A program made the translations under genes and the position numbers. This document shows positions 52,901 to 64,000 of a stretch of 64,000 nt of DNA, piece by piece. The stretch is taken from NCBI RefSeq assembly GCF_009914755.1, contig NC_060933.1. One strand, written 5' to 3'. The notes under the pieces are model-generated. The model was not told where the DNA came from. It was given only the letters and a program-made list of their open reading frames with translations, and did no database searches. How positions within the stretch are numbered: the first letter of the stretch is position 1; each line of letters begins with the position of its first letter. Origin of the DNA: the human T2T-CHM13v2.0 reference genome, Homo sapiens.

Positions 52901-55900
52901 TCAACCAGAGTGGAATGGAAGGGAATGGAATGGAATGGAAACTAATAGAATGGAATCAACCCGAGAGGAATGGAATGGAAAGGACTGGAATGGAATGGAA
53001 TGGAATGGAATCAACTCGATTGTAATGGAACGGAATGGAATGGAATGGAATGGAATGGAATTAACCCGAATACAATGCAATGGAATGCAATGGAACGGAA
53101 TGGAGTGGAATGGAATGGAATCAACCCGAGTGCAGCGGAATGGAATGGAATGGAATGCAATGGAATGGAATCATTCGGAATGGAATGGAATTGAATGGAA
53201 TGCAAAGCAATGGAATCAACTCGATTGCAATGGAATGGAATGGAATGGAAAGGAATACATTGGTATCAACCCGAGTGGAATGGAATGGAAAGGACTGCAA
53301 TGGAGTGGAATGGAATGGAATGGAATGGAATGGAATCAACTCGATTGGAATGGAATGGAATGGAATGGAATGGAATGGAATTAACCCGAATAGAATGGAA
53401 TGGAATGGAATGGAAAGGAACGGAACGGAATGGAATGGAATGGAATGCAATGGAATGGAATGGAAACAACCCGACTGCAGGGGAATGGAATGGAATGGAA
53501 TGCAATGGAATGGATTCAACTTGAATGGAATGGAAAGAATGGAATCAACACGAGTGGAATGGCATGGATTGGAACGGAATGGAATGGAATCAACCCGAGT
53601 ACAGGGGAATGGAATGGAATGGAATGCAATGGAATGGAATCATCCGTAATGGAATGGAAAGGAATGGAATGGAATGGAATGGAATTGAATGGAATGGAAT
53701 GGAATCAACTCGATTGCAATCGAACGGAATGGAATGGAATTAACCCGAATAGAATGGAATGGAATGGAATGGAACGGAACGGAACGGAACGGAACGGAAT
53801 GGAATGGAATGGAATGGAATGGAACGGAAAGGAATGGAATGGAATGGAATGGAATGGAATGGAATGGAATGGAATGGAATCAACGCGAGTGCAGGGGAAT
53901 GGAATGGAATGGAATGCAATGGAATGGAATCTTCCGGAATGGAATGGAATGGAATGGAATGCAATGGAATGGAATCATCCGTAATGGAATGGAAAGGAAT
54001 GGAATGGAATGGAATGGAATGGAATGGAATCAACTCGATTGCAGTCGAATGGAATGGAATGGAATTAACCCGAATAGAATGGAATGGAATGGAATGGAAC
54101 GGAACGGAACGGAACGGAACGGAATGGAATGGAATGGAATGGAATGGAACGGAAAGGAATGGAATGGAATGGAATGGAATGGAATGGAATGGAATGGAAT
54201 GGAATCAACGCGAGTGCAGGGGAATGGAATGGAATGGAATGCAATGGAATGGAATCTTCCGGAATGGAATGGAATGGAATGGAATGGAATGGAATGGAAT
54301 AAACCCGAGTGCAATGGAATGGAGTGGAATGGAATGGAATGGAATGGAACAACCCGAATGGAATGGAATGTAATGGAGAGTAAGGGAGTTGAATAGAATC
54401 AATCCGAATGTAATGGAATGGAATGGAAAGGAATCGAGTTGAATGGAATGGAATGGAATGCAATGGAATGGAATCAACCCGAGTGCAATGGAATGGAGAG
54501 GAATGGAATGGAATGGAATGGAAACTACCCGAATGGAATGGAATGTAATGGAGTGTAAGGGAATTGAATAGAATCGATCCGAATGTAATGGAATGGAATG
54601 GAACGGAACGGAATGGAATGGAATGGAATGGAATGGAATGGAATGGAATGGAATGGAATGCAATGGAATGGAATCAACCCGAGTGCAATCGAATGGAATC
54701 GAATGGAATGGAATGCAAGGGAATGGATTCAACTTGAATGGAATGGAAAGAATGGAATCAACACGAGTGGAAGGGCATGGATTGGAATGCAATGGAATGG
54801 AATCAACCTGAGTACAGGGGAATGGAATGGAATGGAATGCAATGGAATGGAATCATCCGTAATGGAATGGAAAGGAATGGAATGGAATGGAATGGAATGG
54901 AATGGAATGGAATGGAATCGTTCCGAGTGGAATAGGAGGGAATGTATTCGAGTGGAATGGAAAGGAATGGAATCAACCAGAGTGGAATGGAAGGGAATGG
55001 AATGGAATGGAAACTAATAGAATGGAATCAACCCGAGTGGAATGGAATGGAAAGGACTGGAATGGAATGGAACGGAATGGAATCAACTCGATTGTAATGG
55101 AATGGAATGGAATGGAATGGAATGGAATGGAATGGAATTAACCCGAATACAATGGAATGGAATGGAATGGAACGGAATGGAGTGGAATGGAATGGAATCA
55201 ACCCGAGTGCAGGGGAATGGAATGGAATGGAATGCAATGGAATGGAATCATCCGGAATGGAATGGAATGGAATGGAATGCAAAGCAATGGAATCAACTCG
55301 ATTGCAATGGAATGGAATGGAATGGAAAGGAATACATTGGAATCAACCCGAGTGGAATGGAATGGAAAGGACTGGAATGGAGTGGAATGGAATGGAATGG
55401 AATGGAATGGAATCAACTCGATTGGAATGGAATGGAATGGAATGGAATGGAATGGAATTAACCCGAATAGAATGGAATGGAATGGAATGGAACGGAACGG
55501 AACGGAATGGAATGGAATGGAATGGAATGGAATGGAATGGAATGCAATGGAATCAACCCGACTGCAGGGGAATGGAATGGAATGCAATGGAATGGAATCA
55601 TCCGTAATGGAATGGAAAGGAATGGAATGGAATGGAATGGAATGGAATGGAATGGAATGGAATGGAATCAACTCGATTGCAATCGAATGGAATGGAATGG
55701 AATTAACCCAAATAGAATGGAATGGAATGGAATGGAACGGAACGGAATGGAATGGAATGGAATGGAATGGAATGGAATGGAATGGAACGGAACGGAACGG
55801 AACGAAATGGAATGGAATGGAATGGAATGGAATGGAATGGAACGGAACGGAACGGAATGGAATGGAATGGAATGGAATGGAATGGAATGGAATCAACCCG

Positions 55901-56892
55901 ACTGCAGGGGAATGGAATGGAATGGAATGCAATGGAATGGATTCAACTTGAATGGAATGGAAAGAATGGAATCAACACGAGTGGAATGGCATGGATTGGA
56001 ATGGAATGGAATGGAATGAACCCGAGTACAGGGGAATGGAATGGAATGGAATGCAATGGAATGGAATCATCCGGAATGGAATGGAATGGAATGGAATGGA
56101 ATGGAATGGAATGGAATCAACTCGATTGCAATCGAATGAAATGGAATGGAATTAACCCGAATAGAATGGAATGGAATGGAATGGAACGGAACGGAACAGA
56201 ATGGAATGGAATGGAATGGAATGGAATGGAATGGAACGGAAAGGAATGGAATGGAATGGAATGGAATGGAATGGAATGGAATGGAATCAACGCGAGTGCA
56301 GGGGAATGGAATGGAATGGAATGCAATGGAATGGAATCTTCCGGAATGGAATGGAATGGAATGGAATGGAATGGAATGGAATAAACCCGAGTGCAATGGA
56401 ATGGAGTGGAATGGAATGGAATGGAATGGAACAGCCCGAATGGAATGGAATGTAATGGAGAGTAAGGGAGTTGAATAGAATCAATCCGAATGTAATGGAA
56501 TGGAATGGAACGGAATGGAATTGAATGGAATGGAATGGAATGCAATGGAATGGAATCAACCCGAGTGCAATGGAATGGAGAGGAATGGAATGGAATGGAA
56601 TGGAATGGAAACTACCCGAATGGAATGGAATGTAATGGAGTGTAAGGGAATTGAATAGAATCAATACGAATGTAATGGAATGGAATGGAATGGAATGGAA
56701 TGCAATGGAATGGAATCAACCCGAGTGCAATCGAATGGAATCGAATGGAATGGAATGCAATGGAATGGATTCAACTTGAATGGAATGGAAAGAATGGAAT
56801 CAACACGAGTGGAAGGGCATGGATTAGAATGCAATGGAATGGAATCAACCCGAGTACAGGGGAATGGAATGGAATGGAATGCAATGGAATGG
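46981..56892 (+). repeat. 10-kb-class unit 3, type A (9,912 bp)
   Basis: A-tail ORFs recur at offsets 20217-20222 (33472/53689, 33988/54205, 34976/55198, 36065/56287). Confidence 0.9.
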
Positions 56893-59800
56893 AATCAACA
56901 CGATTGCAATCGAATGGAATGGAATGGAATTAACCCGAATAGAATGGAATGGAATGGAATGGAAGGGAACGGAATTGAATGGAATGGAATCAACCCGAGT
57001 GCAGGGGAATGGAATGGAATGGAATGCAATGGAATGGAATCATCCGGAATGGAATGGAATGGAATGGAATGCAAAGCAATGGAATCAACTCGATTGCAAT
57101 GGAATGGAATTGAGTGGAAAGGAATACATTGGAATCAACCCGAGTGGAATGGAATGGAAAGGACTGGAATGGAGTGGAAAGTAATGAAATGGAATGGAAT
57201 GGAATCAACTCGATTGGAATGGAATGGAATGGCATGGAATGGAATTAACCCGAATAGAATGGAATGGAATGGAATGGAACGGAACGGAAGGGAATGGAAT
57301 GGAATGGAATGGAATGGAATGGAATGGAATGGAATGGAATCAACCCGACTGCAGGGGAATGGAATGGAATGGAATGCAATGGAATGGATTCAACTTGAAT
57401 GGAATGGAAAGAATGGAATCAACACGAGTGGAATGGCATGGATTGGAATGGAATGGAATGGAATGAACCCAAGTACAGGGGAATGGAATGGAATGGAATG
57501 CAATGGAATGGAATCATCCGTAATGGAATGGAAAGGAATGGAATGGAATGGAATGGAATGGAATGGAATGGAATCAACTCGATTGCAGTCGAATGGAATG
57601 GAATGGAATTAACCCGAATAGAATGGGATGGAATGGAATGGAACGGAACGGACCGGAACGGAACGGAATGGAATGGAATGGAATGGAATGGAACGGAAAG
57701 GAAGGGAATGGAATGGAATGGAATGGAATGGAATGGAATGGAATGGAATGGAATCAACGCGAGTGCAGGGGAATGGAATGGAATGGAATGCAATGGAATG
57801 GAATCTTCCGGAATGGAATGGAATGGAATGGAATGGAATGGAATGGAATGGAATCAACCCGAGTGCAATGGAATGGAGTGGAATGGAATGGAATGGAATG
57901 GAACAACCCGAATGGAATGGAATGTAATGGAGATTAATGGAGTTGAATAGAATCAATCCGAATGTAATGGAATGGAATGGAACGGAATGGAATTGAATGG
58001 AATGGAATGGAATGCAATGGAATGGAATCAACCCGAGTTCAATGGAATGGAGAGGAATGGAATGGAATGGAATGGAAATTACCCGAATGGAATGAAATGT
58101 AATGGAGTGTAAGGGAATTGAATAGAATCAATCCGAATGTAATGGAATGGAATGGAACAGAATGGAATGGAATGGAATGGAATGGAATGGAATGGAATGC
58201 AATGGAATGGAATCACCCCTAGTGCAATCGAATGGAATCGAATGGAATGGAATGCAATGGAATGGATTCAACTTGAATGGAATGGAAAGAATGGAATCAA
58301 CACGAGTGGAATGACATGGATTGGAATGGAATGGAATGGAATCAACCCGAGTACAGGGGAATGGAATGGAATGGAATGCAATGGAATGGAATCATCCGTA
58401 ATGGAATGGAAAGGAATGGAATGGAATGGAATGGAATGGAATGGAATGGAATCAACCCGAGTGCAGGGGAATGGAATGGAATGCAATGGAATGGAATGGA
58501 ATGGAAAGGAGTGGAATGGAATGGAATCAACCCGAGTGCAGGGGAATGGAATGGAATGGAATGCAATGGAATGGAATCATCCGGAATGGAATGGAATGGA
58601 ATGGAATGCAAAGCAATGGAATCAACTCGATTGCAATGGAATGGAATGGAATGGAAAGGAATACATTGGAATCAACCCGAGTTGAATGGAATGGAAAGGA
58701 CTGGAATGGAGTGGAATGGAATGGAATGCAATGGAATGGAATGGAATGGAATCAACTTGATTGGAATGGAATGGAATGGAATGGAATGGAATGGAATGGA
58801 ATGGAATGGAATCAACCCGACTGCAGGGGAATGGAATGGAATGGAATGCAATGTAATGGATTCAACTTGAATGGAATGGAAAGAATGGAATCAACACGAG
58901 TGGAATGGCATGGATTGGAATGGAATGGAATGGAATCAACCCGAGTACAGGGGAATGGAATGGAATGGAATGCAATGGAATGGAATCATCCGTAATGGAA
59001 TGGAAAGGAATGGAATGGAATGGAATGGAATGGAATGGAATGGAATCAACTCGATTGCAATCGAATGGAATGGAATGGAATTAACCCGAATAGAATGGAA
59101 TGGAATGGAATGGAACGGAACGGAATGGAATGGAATGGAATGGAATGGAATGGAATGGAACGGAACGGAATGGAATGGAATGGAATGGAATGGAATGGAA
59201 TCAACGCGAGTGCAGGGGAATGGAATGGAATGGAATGAAATGGAATGGAATCTTCCGGAATGGAATGGAATTGAATGGAATGGAATGGAATGGTATGGAA
59301 TAAACCCGAGTGCAATGGAATGGAGTGGAATGGAATGGAATGGAATGGAACAACCCGAATGGAATGGAAGGTAATGGAGACTAAGGGAGTTGAATAGAAT
59401 CAATCCAAATGTAATGGAATGGAATGGAACGGAATGGAATTGAATGGAATGGAATGGAATGCAATGGAATGGAAACTTCCGGAATGGAATGGAATGGAAT
59501 GGAATGGAATGAAATGCAATGGATTCAACTCGATTGCAATGGAATGGAATAGAACGGAATGGAATGGAATGGAATGGAACGAATCCGAATAGAATGGAAT
59601 GGAATGGAATGGGATTAACCTGAATAGAATGGAATGGAATGGAATGGAACGGAATGGAACGGAAAGGAATGGAATGCAATGGAATGGAATGGAACGGAAT
59701 GGAATGGTATGGAATGGAATGGAATGGTACGGAATAGAATGGAATGGAACGAATTGTAATGGAATGGAATTGAATGGAACGGAATGGAATGGAATGGAAT

Positions 59801-62800
59801 CAACGTGAGCGCAGGGGAATGTAATGGAACGGAATGCAATGGAATGGAATCATCCGGAATGGAATGGAATGGAATGGAATGGAATGGAATGGAATGGAAC
59901 AACCCGAATGGAATGGAATATAATGGAGAGTAAGGGAGTTGAATAGAATCAATCGGAATGTAATGGAATGGAATGCAACGGAATGGAATGGAATGGAATG
60001 GAATGGAATGGAATGGAATGCAAAGGAATGGAATCAACCCGAGTGGCATGGCATGGAATGGAATGCAATGGAATGGAATGGAATGGTATCAACTCGAGTA
60101 GAAATGAATGAAATGGAATGGAAAGGAATGGAATGAAATCAACTCGAGTGGAATGGAATGGAATGGATTGGAATGGATTGCAATGGAATGAAATGGAATG
60201 GAATGGAATGGAATCAATCATTCCGAGTGGAATGGAAGGGAATGTAAAGGAGTGGAAAGAAGGGAATGGAATCAACCCGATTGGAATGCAAGGCAATGGA
60301 ATGGAATGGAAAGGAATGGAATGGAATCAATTCGATTGCAATGGAATGGAATGGAATGGAATGGAATGGAATGGAATGGAATGGAATTAACCGGAATAGA
60401 ATGGAATGCAATGGAATGGAACGGAATGGAATGGAATAGAAGGTAATGGAATCAACACGAGTGCAGGGGAATGGAATGGAATGGAATGCAATGGAATGAA
60501 ATCATCCGGAATGGAATGGAATGGAATGGAATCAACTCCATTGCAATGGAATGGAATGGAATGGAATGGAATATAATGGAATGGAATTAACCCGAATAGA
60601 ATGGAATGCAATAGAATGGAATGGAACGGAACCGAATGGAGTGGAATGGAATGGAATGGAAAGGAATGGAATGGAATGGAATGGAATGGAATCAACTCGA
60701 TTGCAATCGAATGGAATGGAATGGAATTAACCCGAGTAGAATGGAATGGAATGGAATGGAACGGAACGGAACGGAATGGAATGGATTGGAATGGAATGGA
60801 ATGGAATGCAATTGAACGGAATGGAATGGAATGGAATGGAATGGAATGGAATGGAATGGAATCAACGCGAGTGCAGGGGAATGGAATGGAATGGAATGCA
60901 ATGGAATGGAATCTTCCGGAATGGAATGGAATGGAATGGAATGGAATGGAATGGAATAAACCCGAGTGCAATGGAATGGAGTGGAATGGAATGGAATGGA
61001 ATGGAACAACCCGAATGGAATGGAATGTAATGGAGAGTAAGGGATTTGAATAGAATCAATCCGAATGTAATGGAATGGAATGGAACGGAATGGAATTGAA
61101 TGGAATGGAATGGAATGCAATGGAATGGAATCAACCAGAGTTCAATGGAATAGAGAGGAATGGAATGGAATGGAATGGAAACTACACGAATGGAATGGAA
61201 TGTAATCGAGTGTAAGGGAATTGAATAGAATCAATCCGAATGTAATGGAATGGAATGTAACGGAATGGAATGGAATAGAATGGAATGGAATGGAATGCAA
61301 TGGAATGGAATCAACCCGAGTGCAATCGAATGGAATCGAATGGAATGGAATGCAATGGAATGGATTCAACTTGAATGGAATGGAAAGAATGGAATCAACA
61401 AGAGTGGAAGGGCATGGATTGGAATGCAATGGAATGGAATCAACCCGAGTACAGGGGACTGGAATGGAATGGAATGCAATGGAATGGAATAATCCGTAAT
61501 GGAATGGAAAGGAATGGAATGGAATGGAATGGAATCGAATAGAATGGAATCAACTCGATTGCAATTGAATGGAATGGAATGGAATTAACCCGAATAGAAT
61601 GGAATGGAATGGAATGCAACGGAACGGAATGGAATGGAATGGAATGGAATGGAATGGAACGGAAAGGAAGGGAATGGAATGGAATAGAATGGAATGGAAT
61701 GGAATCAACGCCAGTGCAGGGGAATGGAATGGAATGGAATGCAATGGAATGGAATCTTCCGGAATGGAATGGAATGGAATGGAATCAACCCGAGTGCAAT
61801 GGAATGGAGTGGAATGGAATGGAATGGAATGGAACAACCCGAATGGAATGCAATGTAATTGAGAGTAAGGGAGTTGAATAGAATCAATCCGAATGTAATG
61901 GAATGGAATGGAACGGAATGGAATTGAATGGAATGGAATGGAATGCAATGGAATGCAATCAACCCAAGTGCAATGGAATGGAGAGGAATGGAATGGAATG
62001 GAATGGAAACTACCCGAATGGAATGGAATGTAATGGAGTGTAAGGGAATTGAATAGAATCAATCCGAATGTAATGGAATGGAATGGAACGGAATGGAATG
62101 GAATGGAATGGAATGGAATGGAATGGAATGAAATGCAATGGGTTCAAATCGATTGCAATGGAATGGAATAGAATGGAATGGAATGGAATGGAATGGAATT
62201 AATTCGAATAGAATGGAATGGAATGGAATGGAACGGAATGGAACGGAATGGAATGGAATGGAATGGAATGGTATTGAATGGAATGGAATGGTACGGAATA
62301 GAATGGAATGGAACGAATTGTAATGGAATGGAATTGAATGGAATGGAATGGAATGGAATGGAATCAACGCGAGTGCAGGGGAATGTAATGGAACGGAATG
62401 CAATGGAATGGAATCATCCGCAATATAATGGAATGGAATGGAATGGAATGGAATCAACCCGAGTGCAATGGAATGGAGTGGAATGGAATGGAATGGAATG
62501 GAACAACGCGAATGGAATGGAATGTAATGCAGAGTAAGGGAGTTGAATAGAATCAATCCGAATGTAATGGGATGGAATGCAACGGAATGGAATGGAATGG
62601 AATGCAATGGAATTGAATCAACCCGAGTACAATGGAATGGAATGGAATGGAATGGAATGGAAGGGAATGGAATGGAATGGAATGATACGGAATAGAATGG
62701 AATGGAACGAAATGGAATGGAATGGAATGGAATGGAATGGAATGGAATCGTTCCGATTGGAATAGGAGGGAATGTATTCGAGTGGAATGGAAAGGAATGG

Positions 62801-64000
62801 AATCAACCAGAGTGGAATGGAAGGGAATGGAATGGAATGGAAACTAATAGAATGGAATCAACCCGAGAGGAATGGAATGGAAAGGACTGGAATGGAATGG
62901 AATGGAATGGAATCAACTCGATTGTAATGGAACGGAATGGAATGGAATGGAATGGAATGGAATTAACCCGAATACAATGCAATGGAATGCAATGGAACGG
63001 AATGGAGTGGAATGGAATGGAATCAACCCGAGTGCAGCGGAATGGAATGGAATGGAATGCAATGGAATGGAATCATTCGGAATGGAATGGAATTGAATGG
63101 AATGCAAAGCAATGGAATCAACTCGATTGCAATGGAATGGAATGGAATGGAAAGGAATACATTGGTATCAACCCGAGTGGAATGGAATGGAAAGGACTGC
63201 AATGGAGTGGAATGGAATGGAATGGAATGGAATGGAATCAACTCGATTGGAATGGAATGGAATGGAATGGAATGGAATGGAATTAACCCGAATAGAATGG
63301 AATGGAATGGAATGGAAAGGAACGGAACGGAATGGAATGGAATGGAATGCAATGGAATGGAATGGAAACAACCCGACTGCAGGGGAATGGAATGGAATGG
63401 AATGCAATGGAATGGATTCAACTTGAATGGAATGGAAAGAATGGAATCAACACGAGTGGAATGGCATGGATTGGAACGGAATGGAATGGAATCAACCCGA
63501 GTACAGGGGAATGGAATGGAATGGAATGCAATGGAATGGAATCATCCGTAATGGAATGGAAAGGAATGGAATGGAATGGAATGGAATTGAATGGAATGGA
63601 ATGGAATCAACTCGATTGCAATCGAACGGAATGGAATGGAATTAACCCGAATAGAATGGAATGCAATGGAATGGAACGGAACGGAACGGAATGGAATGCA
63701 TTGGAATGGAATGGAATGGAATGGAATGGAACGGAAAGGAATGGAATGGAATGGAATGGAATGGAATGGAATCAACGCGAGTGCAAGGGAATGGAATGGA
63801 ATGGAATGCAATGGAATGGAATCTTCCGGAATGGAATGGAATGGAATGGAATGGAATGGAATGGAATGGAATAAACCCGAGTGAAATGGAATGGAGTGGA
63901 ATGGAATGGAATGGAATGGAACAACCCGAATGGAATGGAATGTAATGGAGAGTAAGGGAGTTGAATAGAATCAATCCGAAAGTAATGGAATGGAATGGAA
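56893..64000 (+). repeat. 10-kb-class unit 4, type B, truncated by the window end
   Basis: Core repeats again. From ~63660 the B-tail markers appear (GCATTGG, GTGCAAGGG, CCGAGTGAAAT, ATCCGAAAGT). ORFs 43145/63302 and 43504/63661 are identical. Confidence 0.88.

Larger units (their letters stand above)
1..64000 (+). repeat. Satellite III (HSat3) array, (GGAAT)n with interspersed CAACCCGAGT-family decamers; pericentromeric heterochromatin-type DNA
   Basis: Continuous GGAAT pentamers from first to last base. They are interrupted every few tens to ~100 bp by CAACCCGAGT, CAACTCGATT, CAACGCGAGT or TAACCCGAAT, the established satellite III signature ((ATTCC)n + ACTCGGGTTG on the other strand). Subfamily and chromosome cannot be fixed from sequence alone; the CAAC(C/A)CGAGT-rich type resembles that described for 9q12. 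Confidence 0.97.

Noticed and set aside
1-64000. CRISPR-like array (conserved motifs separated by spacers)
   Set aside because: The spacers are GGAAT runs of variable length rather than unique sequence, and there are no cas genes.
1-64000. Strand inversion or inserted Alu/L1/other element within the satellite
   Set aside because: I saw no CATTC-oriented block, poly(A) tail, target-site duplication or non-pentamer sequence.
1-64000. HSat2, Y-specific DYZ1, telomeric repeat or pathogenic pure (TGGAA)n expansion
   Set aside because: It lacks the HSat2 CATTCGATTC/ATGATG pattern, a 3.6 kb period and TTAGGG arrays. Pure runs are short and regularly broken by satellite III decamers.

Overview
The whole 64 kb window is one uninterrupted array of human/primate Satellite III-type (HSat3) DNA. 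It is a (GGAAT)n pentamer backbone, G-rich on the + strand throughout with no inversion seen, punctuated by the classic CAACCCGAGT decamer and its variants (CAACTCGATT, CAACGCGAGT, CAACACGAGT, TAACCCGAAT). I found no credible gene, RNA gene or transposon; the ORFs in the track are artefacts of the stop-free pentamer (MEWNG / IPFHS). The interest lies in layered higher-order structure: (i) 1-2.6 kb, a segment related to the downstream lineage; (ii) ~2.6-18.5 kb, four copies of a ~4.3 kb unit with private deletions and mosaic variants; (iii) ~15.7-26.55 kb, a near-identical ~5.44 kb tandem duplication; (iv) ~26.5-64 kb, alternating 9,912 bp (A) and 10,310 bp (B) units sharing a ~6.8 kb core and forming a ~20.22 kb super-repeat. 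The most functionally suggestive observation is a recurrent variant, GGAATCTTCCGGAA, which is a perfect three-box heat-shock element (GAA-nn-TTC-nn-GAA) with a CpG in its spacer, present roughly 45-50 times. All coordinates and counts come from reading by eye and from ORF-track offsets, not from alignment.
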